Assembly: GCA_017642535.1 (NCBI GenBank)
Contig: JAGCOW010000060.1
Location: 475 to 64,474 of the forward strand
Direction: 5' to 3'
Origin: Bacteroidales bacterium
GTDB lineage: Bacteria; Bacteroidota; Bacteroidia; Bacteroidales; UBA1715
DNA: 64,000 nt
The notes under the pieces were generated by a model, which ran no database searches, was not told the origin of the DNA, and saw only the letters and a list, made by a program, of their open reading frames with translations. Within the stretch, counting starts at the first letter, position 1, and the number at the start of each line of letters is the position of its first letter. Position numbers and translations under genes: made by a program. This document shows, piece by piece, positions 37,826-46,488 of the stretch.

Positions 37826-37859
37826 TTTGTAGAAACAGGACGCAGTGCGTCCCTACAAT
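37826..37859. repeat. GC-rich palindromic hairpin element
   Basis: TTGTAG...GGACGC-AGT-GCGTCC-CTACAA: an inner 6-bp GC stem (37838-37852) with an outer TTGTAG/CTACAA arm. Confidence 0.5.
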
Positions 37860-37992
37860 TAGAAATTATTTTATGTATCACTCAAAACAATCTCTTATTG
37901 TTGATAACTTTTTAACAACTATAAATCAATGATTTAGCACTAATTTTGGAGTATGTTGCATAAAGTATAAGAATGTGCACAAAGTTTTTTTG

Positions 37993-38000
37993 TATTTTTG
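37993..38000 (+). promoter_or_regulatory. Bacteroidota-type -7 box (TAnnTTTG) for parA
   Basis: TATTTTTG lies 30 nt upstream of the ATG at 38030. Confidence 0.45.
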
Positions 38001-38029
38001 GGGACAAATGAATTTTAGTAAGTAGAAAA

Positions 38030-38821
38030 ATGGGAAAAGTAATTGCAATTGCGAACCAAAAAGGAGGAGTTGGAAAAACCACTACGTGTATAAATCTTGG
38101 TGCAAGTTTGGCAAGTTTTGATTATTCAGTGCTGATTGTCGATTTTGATCCGCAAGGTAATGCGTCAACAGGATTAGGCATCGACATTCGCGATGAAAAT
38201 ATGTTGGGCATATATGAATGTCTTGCCGGGAAATGCAAACCACAAGAAGCAATTCACCAATACGAAGAAATTGATAAATTACATATCATACCTTCTAATA
38301 TCGACTTGGTCGGTTTGGAATTGGAATTGGCTAACGACCTTGATAATCGTAGTTTATACTTGAAAAATATTATCGATAAAGTTCGTGATTCCTACGATTT
38401 TGTTCTTATCGACTGTACTCCGTCGCTTGGCGTACTTACTACCAATGCCCTTACGGCGGCTGATTCGGTTTTGCTTGCTATCCAATGTGAATATTTCGCT
38501 TTGGAAGGTTTGGCACAGCTTTTAAATACCATTCGCGAAGTGCAGGAGAATTTCAATCCGACGCTTTCTATTGAAGGTTTCTTGATTACAATGTATGACG
38601 TTCGCTTACGACTCTCAAATCAAGTTGTTGAGGAAGTGCATAATCACTTTGAAGACATGTTGTTTGAAACTATCATTCAAAGAAATGTGAAATTAGCGGA
38701 AGCTCCAAGTTTTGGAAAGCCAGTCATCACATACGATGCAACGTCTGTTGGAGCAAAGAACTATTTGAACTTGGCACAAGAACTCTTACGTAGAAATAAA
38801 TTACCTGAAACGAAACAATAA
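38030..38821 (+). CDS. parA: chromosome partitioning ATPase ParA/Soj
   Basis: Deviant Walker A NQKGGVGKTTT, and the DCTPSLG and EGFLITMYD motifs. Confidence 0.9.
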   Translation: MGKVIAIANQKGGVGKTTTCINLGASLASFDYSVLIVDFDPQGNASTGLGIDIRDENMLGIYECLAGKCKPQEAIHQYEEIDKLHIIPSNIDLVGLELELANDLDNRSLYLKNIIDKVRDSYDFVLIDCTPSLGVLTTNALTAADSVLLAIQCEYFALEGLAQLLNTIREVQENFNPTLSIEGFLITMYDVRLRLSNQVVEEVHNHFEDMLFETIIQRNVKLAEAPSFGKPVITYDATSVGAKNYLNLAQELLRRNKLPETKQ

Positions 38822-39729
38822 TGGCGACAAATAAAAAAGGTTCTGTTCTTGGAAGCAATGCTCTCAGTGCCGTTGGTGCTGGCAAGGATATATTGTTCAG
38901 TAAGTCGAGCAACAATGTTGCAAATCGTCAAGGTGTGACGGAAATTGCCATAGAAAAAATTGTTCCAAGCAAAAAACAAACAAGAAAAACATTTGACGAG
39001 GAGGCGTTAAACCAACTTGCCGAATCTATAAAATCTCTTGGAGTTATTTCTCCCATAAGCGTCCTTAGAAATGGAATTGATTCATACGAATTGATCTATG
39101 GAGAACGCCGTCTGAGAGCATCGAAAATTGCCGGGCTTGAAAAAATTCCTGCGTATGTAAGAACTGATGTTGATGATGAAAAGCAGTTAATCATCGGTGT
39201 TATTGAAAACTTGCAACGCGAGGACTTGGACCCGATTGAAATCGCTCAATCATACCAACGACTTATTGAAGAGGCGAATCTTACCCAAGACGAGCTTGGT
39301 AAGAAAATAGGGAAAAATCGTACTACCATTGCGAATTCCCTCCGTCTTTTGAAATTACCGCCAGAAATTCAGACGGCCTTGATGAACAAGGATTCCAATC
39401 AGTCGTTTACCGAAGGACACGCAAAAGCACTCCTTTCGCTTGACGATGATAACAAACAACGCGATGTTTTCACCTCAATTCTTGACAAAGGATTGTCGGT
39501 TCGCGAAACCGAAGACCTTGTTCGTTCATTGAAAGAAGGGAAAAAAGCCCCAAAGAAAACATCGAAATCGGAAGAACAAAAGGCACTACAGACGAAGATT
39601 TCAAAGAAATTCAACAATGCAAAAGTTGCATTAAACATAACGTCAAAAGGAAACGGGAAAATTTCCATCTCGTTTGCCAATGCCGATGAAATGAATGCAA
39701 TCGTTGCCTTGATTGATAAAATCCAATAG
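38821..39729 (+). CDS. parB: chromosome partitioning protein ParB/Spo0J
   Basis: LIYGERRLRAS (ParB box), HTH region NLTQDELGKKIGKNRTTIANSLRLL. TAATG overlap with parA. Confidence 0.9.
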   Translation: MATNKKGSVLGSNALSAVGAGKDILFSKSSNNVANRQGVTEIAIEKIVPSKKQTRKTFDEEALNQLAESIKSLGVISPISVLRNGIDSYELIYGERRLRASKIAGLEKIPAYVRTDVDDEKQLIIGVIENLQREDLDPIEIAQSYQRLIEEANLTQDELGKKIGKNRTTIANSLRLLKLPPEIQTALMNKDSNQSFTEGHAKALLSLDDDNKQRDVFTSILDKGLSVRETEDLVRSLKEGKKAPKKTSKSEEQKALQTKISKKFNNAKVALNITSKGNGKISISFANADEMNAIVALIDKIQ

Positions 39730-39730
39730 A

Positions 39731-40348
39731 ATGCGTAAACTGATTCTCCTTGGTTTCATTTGTTTTTTAGGACTACGTACCTTTGCACAAGAAGATACCG
39801 ACACGCTTATTGCATTACAAGAAGTCACCAAAGAAACAGCCGATTCCATCGAGAAAAAGCACTCTCCTAAAACTGCCGCCATTCTATCGACCATTCTTCC
39901 CGGTGCTGGACAAATTTACAACAACTCGTGGTGGAAAGTTCCCATCGTTTATGCTGGATTTGCAGGCATTGGGTATGGTTTGTACTTTTATCAAGATTAC
40001 TACAAATCGTTCAAAACGGCATACAACAACTATCGAAATCCTTACTTGGAACAAGGCCTAAATCCTCCTGCCGATACAATTCTCACTGTTCGGGGCGAAA
40101 CGGGTTATTCTCCTGTAAACGTACAACAAGGACGAGATTTTTATAGAAAATATCGTGATTTATGTATCATTGGCTTGGGTGTATGGTATTTGGCCAACAT
40201 TCTTGATGCTTACACCGAAGCCCATTTGTTTGAATTCGACGTTTCCGACGATTTGTCAGTTCAATGGCAACCAACATTTTATTATCGACAAACGTCGATG
40301 GCTACTGCCGCTTTGCCTTCGGGGATAAAATTTACGGTAGATTTTTAA
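39731..40348 (+). CDS. DUF5683-like membrane protein
   Basis: Signal-like N-terminus MRKLILLGFICFLGLRTFAQ, and SAILSTILPGAGQIYNNSWWKVPIVYAGF. It sits directly after parB, as in many Bacteroidota. I prefer the ATG at 39731 over the TTG at 39713. Confidence 0.65.
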   Translation: MRKLILLGFICFLGLRTFAQEDTDTLIALQEVTKETADSIEKKHSPKTAAILSTILPGAGQIYNNSWWKVPIVYAGFAGIGYGLYFYQDYYKSFKTAYNNYRNPYLEQGLNPPADTILTVRGETGYSPVNVQQGRDFYRKYRDLCIIGLGVWYLANILDAYTEAHLFEFDVSDDLSVQWQPTFYYRQTSMATAALPSGIKFTVDF

Positions 40349-40389
40349 GAATCCACGCATTTTATGAAGAAACAACTCTACAGGGAACC

Positions 40390-40552
40390 TTGCCCCGTTA
40401 GGGGCAAAAGATTGGTAGGAAGAGATTATAGATACGTTAGCGAGCCGTAGATTCGCCACATATTCATTGTTATATTCATTGTTGCGTACCTAAAGGCACG
40501 CTGTATCTTTGTCGAATTCAATTTTCTACCAACCCAATGTGCCTACGGCACA
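40390..40552. repeat. cluster of short GC-rich hairpins plus a 12-nt tandem duplication in a 454-bp intergenic region
   Basis: Hairpins are TTGCCCC-GTTA-GGGGCAA (40390-40407), GCGTACC-TAAA-GGCACGC (40484-40501, one mismatch) and TGTGCC-TAC-GGCACA (40538-40552). The tandem is ATATTCATTGTT x2 (40460-40483). Confidence 0.6.
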
Positions 40553-40802
40553 GAATTATGAAATTGATAGGTGAATTACTCTTTCGTTACCTTGTCTGCC
40601 AAATCTTTCAAAAAGGTATAGCATTCAGCCTTTTGCTTTTAATTCTTTAATTGCACTTTGTTGTTAAAAATTCATTTCTATATCATTCTTAAGTCATTCC
40701 TTTCCTCGAGAATGGAAATGTTATTATCCCAAAATATCTTATACAACCGCGCGAGAGTAGATTCTTTCTCGTCAATCATTTTCGGTATGGAATGAACATT
40801 GT

Positions 40803-41978
40803 TTATTTCACATCTTGTACTAAACGCACAGAGCAACCATAACTGCGACTACGGAGGTACGGTGTGAAGTTGAGAGGGTGAGCCATACAATCGATTGACA
40901 GTTGACGGGCTAAGTACTTGCAGTACATGTCCGCCCAATAGAACCCGCGGTCATCCACCTTATCAACAACCAAGCCATAACGGCAGCCAGCCGCAGGAAG
41001 AAAAACGGCACCATTTAATTCCATTTTACTCCACTCGCTCAAACTATAATCGTTCACTGTTTTATAGTAGTCAGGAGTCCAATATTCTGCTCCTCCACTC
41101 TTGAATTCCAATCCTAATGGTTGTTGCCAGTTATCGGGCAACAATATAAGTCCGTTTACTCCGTTCACACACGCAGCACCAAAAAGATATGCAGCGTTTT
41201 GACGATTACTTATTATATATTTCCATTCATCGCATGTAAGTGTTCTCCACATTCCTGCAGTGTTCCCTCCATTTGATATTGCATTGTACACGCCCCAATC
41301 GTAGTCTGAGTGGTCTGCAGATAGATTATTCCCCTTGCCATATTCGGTAGAATCTGTGTTTGTCATATATGGATACTTTTCATTATATCCACTTGTTCCC
41401 CAACCAAATAAATCTATCCAACCATTGTATGAAGACGAAATATTTTTGTTTGCGGAACCTATTATATCATATTGATGTTCGGCAAAACGCCACGTACTTG
41501 TACTTGCATTATATTGCAAATTTCCCATACTGAAATAAACCTGTGTGCTATCAGAAATTGAGAATGCTGCTTTTATAACACCATTTGTTTGGTTGTTATT
41601 TCCAGAACCTCTTGGTTCGCTATCATCTTGCGATTGTGAAATAACAACAATTTTTGTTTCAAAATCTATTGCAATTGAAAAACACGCTTCACGTACTTGA
41701 CCCGTTGAATTTTGCGAAACAGAAATCGTTATTGCACCATTACCTTTACCTTGCATTGGCGAGATAGTAATCCACTCTGAGTTATTCGTAACATACCATA
41801 CTCCATTTGTGGTAATATTCACCATTTTAGATTCTGAATTCTGCGAGAATCCTATTTCACTTTCTGACAATTCTAATGCTGTTTCTTCTTGTTTTGTAGG
41901 TTCATTTTTTTTACTACACGAAACCAATGTTAATGTACCTATGCACAACAATGTGATAAAACGTGACACTCTTCTCAT
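40803..41978 (-). CDS. lipoprotein with N-terminal BACON-like domain and C-terminal FISUMP/DUF1566-like domain
   Basis: Lipobox LTLVSCSKK. BACON-like NITTNGVWYVTNNSEWITISPMQGKGNGAITISVSQN. The C-terminal pattern WRTLTCDEWKYI...AVFLPAAGCRYG...GFYWA...YGCSVRLVQD resembles the Fibrobacter major paralogous domain. Confidence 0.6.
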   Translation of the reverse strand: MRRVSRFITLLCIGTLTLVSCSKKNEPTKQEETALELSESEIGFSQNSESKMVNITTNGVWYVTNNSEWITISPMQGKGNGAITISVSQNSTGQVREACFSIAIDFETKIVVISQSQDDSEPRGSGNNNQTNGVIKAAFSISDSTQVYFSMGNLQYNASTSTWRFAEHQYDIIGSANKNISSSYNGWIDLFGWGTSGYNEKYPYMTNTDSTEYGKGNNLSADHSDYDWGVYNAISNGGNTAGMWRTLTCDEWKYIISNRQNAAYLFGAACVNGVNGLILLPDNWQQPLGLEFKSGGAEYWTPDYYKTVNDYSLSEWSKMELNGAVFLPAAGCRYGLVVDKVDDRGFYWADMYCKYLARQLSIDCMAHPLNFTPYLRSRSYGCSVRLVQDVK

Positions 41979-42028
41979 AATTTTTATTTTAACAAAAAAC
42001 ATCCAAATATATAAAATATCAACATAAA

Positions 42029-42178
42029 TTAAGTTGTATCAAAAAATTTTGTGAATTTGTCTGGAAAATTATCGGGATTGGATTTGAATTCCATATCAAT
42101 TAACTCACTAATCGTGAATTCACATCCCAATTCATCCTCATTTGGGGCAACATAAAAATAATAATTGTTCATATCCAT
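42029..42178 (-). CDS. possible 49-aa acidic micro-ORF (below the ORF-track cutoff)
   Basis: ATG (42176-42178, minus strand) to TAA (42029-31) encodes MDMNNYYFYVAPNEDELGCEFTISELIDMEFKSNPDNFPDKFTKFFDTT. It lies 50 nt upstream of the lipoprotein gene on the same strand. There is no homology evidence. Confidence 0.25.
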   Translation of the reverse strand: MDMNNYYFYVAPNEDELGCEFTISELIDMEFKSNPDNFPDKFTKFFDTT

Positions 42179-42316
42179 AATCCCTAATATGTGTCGGGCG
42201 CAACTTTTATTTAATAATTACTTCGCAAACATATTTGCAACCTGTGCAAAATCAGAGCAGAGGTTTGGGAAAATTATGAATTTCTTAGAAATTTTTGCCT
42301 CCGTTCAAAAAATTAT

Positions 42317-42324
42317 TATATTTG
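42317..42324 (+). promoter_or_regulatory. Bacteroidota-type -7 box (TAnnTTTG)
   Basis: TATATTTG lies 45 nt upstream of the ATG at 42369. Confidence 0.45.
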
Positions 42325-42368
42325 CCTAATAAAATTATTAGATACATATAATAAAATTTTTCGACACT

Positions 42369-43556
42369 ATGAAAAGAATTGTATATCAAACGATTATAAG
42401 CCGCTTAAAAGAACCGAGAAAGTTTATTCAAGTATTGTTTGGACCTCGTCAGGTGGGAAAAACAACGTTGATGACACAGGTTCTCGAAGAAATTGAAACG
42501 TCATATCTGTTTGTTACCGCCGACGATATTGCAGGCATGGACGATGTGTGGTTGCGTACGGTCTGGAATCGTGCCCGTGTGGAACAAAGCGAGAAAAAAG
42601 ATCAAGATTTTTTATTGATTATTGACGAGGTTCAAAAGATTCAGAATTGGAGCGAGATAGTAAAAAAGGAATGGGATGCCGATACGCAAAACCGCAAGCC
42701 GATAAAAGTTGTTTTACTTGGCTCCTCGTCGTTGTTGATTCAAAAAGGTTTGTCGGAATCGCTGGCTGGAAGGTTTGAGCAGATTTATATCACCCATTGG
42801 TCATATGCCGAAATGAGAGAAGCGTTTGGTTTTTCGATTGACCAGTATATTATGTACGGTGGTTATCCCGGGGCTGCTTCACTTGTCGGCGATGAACAGC
42901 GATGGCGTAGTTACGTGCGTCAGTCGTTGGTGGAAACAACTCTGTCGAAGGATATTCTTATGATGACACAGGTGAACAAGCCCGTTCTGCTTCGACGGCT
43001 GTTTGACATTGGTAGTTCGTATTCCGCACAAATTCTTTCGCTGAACAAAATTCAAGGGGAGCTGAACGAGAAAGGAAATCTTACGACTTTGGGCGGGTAT
43101 CTCAACCTTTTAAACGCCGCAGGTCTATTGTGCGGTCTCGACAAATATGCGGGAAGCATTATCTACCAACGCGCCTCGAAACCTAAACTGCAAGTTCACA
43201 ATAATGCCTTGATGAGCATTCAAAGTATGAAAACTCTTGCGGAAGCAAAAGCCGACACGACATATTGGGGGCGTCTGGTGGAATCTGCAGTTGGCACGTA
43301 TTTGCTAAATTATTCAAAAACAGAAGGTTACGAATTATATTATTGGAACGAAAATTCCAAGGAAGTAGACTTTGTATTGAAATATGGAGAAAAAATTGTG
43401 GCGCTGGAAGTAAAGAGCGGTGTTGATTCCCAAAACGAAGGCATGGCACTGTTTCAAGGGAAATTTCATCCATCGTTGTCGCTTGTGATTGGTACAGATG
43501 GAATACCATTTAAAAAGTTTTTCACAATGAATCCGTTGGAGTTTTTTAAAATTTAG
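42369..43556 (+). CDS. AAA+ ATPase of the AAA_14/DUF4143 family
   Basis: Walker A GPRQVGKTT, Walker B LLIIDEVQ, and a C-terminal DUF4143-like region (YYWNENSKEVDFVLKYGEKIVALEVKSG, a restriction-endonuclease-like D..E.K pattern). Confidence 0.8.
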   Translation: MKRIVYQTIISRLKEPRKFIQVLFGPRQVGKTTLMTQVLEEIETSYLFVTADDIAGMDDVWLRTVWNRARVEQSEKKDQDFLLIIDEVQKIQNWSEIVKKEWDADTQNRKPIKVVLLGSSSLLIQKGLSESLAGRFEQIYITHWSYAEMREAFGFSIDQYIMYGGYPGAASLVGDEQRWRSYVRQSLVETTLSKDILMMTQVNKPVLLRRLFDIGSSYSAQILSLNKIQGELNEKGNLTTLGGYLNLLNAAGLLCGLDKYAGSIIYQRASKPKLQVHNNALMSIQSMKTLAEAKADTTYWGRLVESAVGTYLLNYSKTEGYELYYWNENSKEVDFVLKYGEKIVALEVKSGVDSQNEGMALFQGKFHPSLSLVIGTDGIPFKKFFTMNPLEFFKI

Positions 43557-43604
43557 CCTTGGTACTATTTGAAAGAATCATGAACAAAATATCTTTAATC
43601 TCCA

Positions 43605-46079
43605 CTAATACGGGTCAACATTTATCATAAATGTTGTCGTCTTATATTCTTCCATAGAAGTGATGGCATTCATATACTTACGTACTTCGTTGCGTACTGC
43701 TGCAAATGCCAAATTACGAGGAACTTTCAGTACAATGTCTTGCATATACAAGGTTTGCAGTCGGGGAATTGGCGGATAGGTAGGACCAAGCACCATAATT
43801 CCTTGAATTTTGCGAAAATCGTCGGCAATGATTTTTGCCGCATATTCGGCTTTATCCTTGTCACGATGCTTCACGGTCAATTTGATCATTCTCGTAAACG
43901 GCGGATACCAGAATTTGCTCCGTTCCACCATCTGTGAGTCCAATAATGCCTGATAATCATTATTCTGAACGTATTTCAAAATAGGATGTTCCGGCTGATA
44001 AGTCTGAATATACACGTGTCCTTGCGTTTCGCTCCGCCCTGCTCGTCCTGCCACTTGCACCATCAACTGATAAGCACGCTCAAAAGCTCTGAAGTCGGGA
44101 AAGCTCAACATTCCATCGGCACTTAAAATACCGACCATTCCCACGTTTTCAAAATCTAATCCCTTGGTAATCATTTGTGTACCGACGAGAATGTCAATTT
44201 CTCGCTGTTCAAATTTATCAATCAATTCCGTATAGGCATTCTTTCCTCTCGTAGTATCCAAGTCCATTCGGGCAACCTTGGTATTCGGAAAAATCTGCTT
44301 CAACGTATCTTCTATCTTCTCCGTACCAAAACCGACAAGACGCACGTCTTTTCCATGGCATTCGGGACATTCTGCCGTATAACGCATAGCAAATCCGCAA
44401 TGGTGGCAGACCAGCATATTTGAGAACTTGTGATACGTGAGACTAACGTCACAGTTGACACACTGCGGCACATGCCCGCAATCGGGACATTCCATATAGG
44501 GCGAAAAACCGCGGCGATTCTGAAACAGAATAATCTGTCGCTTTTCGTCAAGATTCTCTTTTATTTTCTCCAGCAACGTCTTACTAAACACGTCATCCTG
44601 CATTCGTAGGTGTTTTCGCTCGGTACGCAAGTCAATCAAGTGAATAATGGGCAACGGAGCCGTCGTATGGCGTTGCGTAAGTTCCACCAAACCGATACGT
44701 TTCGACAACACGTTGAAATACGTTTCCATACTTGGCGTGGCAGTTCCCAAAAGCAACTTGGCATTATGCTTTTGTGCCAGAATATACGCCATATCGCGTG
44801 CATTGTAGCGTGGCGACGGGTCATATTGTTTGAACGAGGTTTCGTGTTCCTCATCTACGATAACCAAACCTAAATCATTGAACGGCAAAAAGATAGACGA
44901 ACGGACACCGAGAATTATCTTGTATGAATTATCGGAATTTGCCAACAAATTGTTCCAAACCTCAATACGTTCATTGTCGGAAAAGCGAGAATGATACACA
45001 CCGACCTGATTTCCGAAAACATTACGCAATCTATTGATTATCTGTGAGGTAAGCGCAATTTCGGGAAGCAAGTACAGCACTTGTTTCTTTGCATCAAGCA
45101 TTTTCTGAATCAGGTGGATATATACCTCGGTTTTTCCACTCGATGTTACTCCGTGAAGCAGACACGTTTGTTTTGTCTCAAAAGTTGACTGAATTTCTCG
45201 TAACGCAGCAGTCTGTTTCTCACTCAATTCTGCCAATCCTTTTATAGGTGAATAGCTTTCAAAGCGAGAAACTACCCTATTTTCGAACTGCACAATCTCT
45301 TTTTTCTGCAATTCCGAAAGCACTTGTGGCGTGGTTTGTTTCAACAATTCTGATTTTTCCACTGCAAAATCATCCTTCGACTTCGCTCTGGCATATAAAT
45401 CAATTAGTTTCAGAAACAACTCCTGTTGTTTTGCTGCCTTTGAAACTTTGGCAAATGCCGTATTTACAAATTCTTTATTGTTTGGCGACTGTGCAAATCT
45501 GACGAACGTCTTTATTTTTGGCTTATACTGACTCGAAATTGATTCCCCCACGCTAATTGCGTCGAGAGCCACAAGTCGTTGCGTAAGCGTTGCTACAGAC
45601 TTTTTTCCGAGCATTTTTGCCAAATCGAGCATAGTCATTCCCTGATTTTTTTCAATCAGAAGGAACGCATCTCGCTCTATTTCAGTCAGAAGCATACAAT
45701 CAAACTCAGAATTTACCGAAAGAATTGCCTCACTTTCCAACTTCAATCCCGACGGCAAGGCGGCTTTCATCACCTCGCCACGGTTACACATATAGTAATC
45801 AGCCATCCAGTCCCATAACTGCAACTGCGTTTGGGTAACAATAGGAATTTCGTCGAGTACCGAATCTATCGCCTTGACGGTGGGCGTATTGGGTTTATTA
45901 TTGTGAATGGCATACACAATGGCAGTGTACATCTTTCTCGTCCCTAACTGTACTACGACACGACAGCCAATTGCAACAGCATTTTGCAAATGATTAGGGA
46001 CAAGATAGGTGTATAGTGGAACTGCCAAAGGCAAAATTACGTCCACATACAAATCCGTTGTCTGCTCACTATTTTCCAA
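43605..46079 (-). CDS. priA: primosomal protein N' (replication restart helicase)
   Basis: Walker A GVTSSGKTEVY, DEEH box, and the Cys-rich zinc region CPDCGHVPQCVNCDVSLTYH...CHHCG...CPEC. Confidence 0.92.
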   Translation of the reverse strand: MENSEQTTDLYVDVILPLAVPLYTYLVPNHLQNAVAIGCRVVVQLGTRKMYTAIVYAIHNNKPNTPTVKAIDSVLDEIPIVTQTQLQLWDWMADYYMCNRGEVMKAALPSGLKLESEAILSVNSEFDCMLLTEIERDAFLLIEKNQGMTMLDLAKMLGKKSVATLTQRLVALDAISVGESISSQYKPKIKTFVRFAQSPNNKEFVNTAFAKVSKAAKQQELFLKLIDLYARAKSKDDFAVEKSELLKQTTPQVLSELQKKEIVQFENRVVSRFESYSPIKGLAELSEKQTAALREIQSTFETKQTCLLHGVTSSGKTEVYIHLIQKMLDAKKQVLYLLPEIALTSQIINRLRNVFGNQVGVYHSRFSDNERIEVWNNLLANSDNSYKIILGVRSSIFLPFNDLGLVIVDEEHETSFKQYDPSPRYNARDMAYILAQKHNAKLLLGTATPSMETYFNVLSKRIGLVELTQRHTTAPLPIIHLIDLRTERKHLRMQDDVFSKTLLEKIKENLDEKRQIILFQNRRGFSPYMECPDCGHVPQCVNCDVSLTYHKFSNMLVCHHCGFAMRYTAECPECHGKDVRLVGFGTEKIEDTLKQIFPNTKVARMDLDTTRGKNAYTELIDKFEQREIDILVGTQMITKGLDFENVGMVGILSADGMLSFPDFRAFERAYQLMVQVAGRAGRSETQGHVYIQTYQPEHPILKYVQNNDYQALLDSQMVERSKFWYPPFTRMIKLTVKHRDKDKAEYAAKIIADDFRKIQGIMVLGPTYPPIPRLQTLYMQDIVLKVPRNLAFAAVRNEVRKYMNAITSMEEYKTTTFMINVDPY

Positions 46080-46482
46080 AAAGACTTCCTAAAAATGATT
46101 TTTTCTTGGGAGTGCCATAATCGGCTTCGTTCATTGTGCCGACATTCAATTTCTTGCATATTTCCGACCAGTCAATTTCTCCTAAAAATTCCACATTTCT
46201 GTCGTCAATATACACATCGGCATCGATTTTACGGCTCATTTGCGTTTCGTCAAATTCTTCTTCAGGATAATTTTTGTTCACAGCATAAAATTCCACACCG
46301 TTTTTCCGACAAAACTCCACAGCTTCGTCAAGCAATCTTCCCGAACGATACGTCCACAGTATCAAGAAATCGCCACGTTTCTGCAACTCACGCAATGTTT
46401 CAAAAGCAAATAATTTCTTCGCTCCTATTTCTGGATATTTATGTTCTACCAATGTACCGTCAAAATCTACCGCTATCTTCAT
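46069..46482 (-). CDS. small HAD-like protein (BT0820-like)
   Basis: N-terminal DxD motif (IAVDFDGTLV) and 137 aa. Its 3' end overlaps the priA start by 11 nt. Confidence 0.6.
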   Translation of the reverse strand: MKIAVDFDGTLVEHKYPEIGAKKLFAFETLRELQKRGDFLILWTYRSGRLLDEAVEFCRKNGVEFYAVNKNYPEEEFDETQMSRKIDADVYIDDRNVEFLGEIDWSEICKKLNVGTMNEADYGTPKKKSFLGSLFGK

Positions 46483-46488
46483 AGTATT

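Noticed and set aside
37860-38029. I considered whether parAB marks a nearby replication origin by searching for DnaA-box clusters.
   Set aside because: No cluster of TTATCCACA-like boxes is seen in the flanking spacers, and neither dnaA nor dnaN is present. Isolated 8/9 matches (for example within xth near 13272) are expected by chance.
40460-40483. A 12-nt perfect tandem duplication, ATATTCATTGTT x2.
   Set aside because: Two copies are too few and too short for a CRISPR or VNTR call. I kept it only as part of the hairpin-cluster observation.
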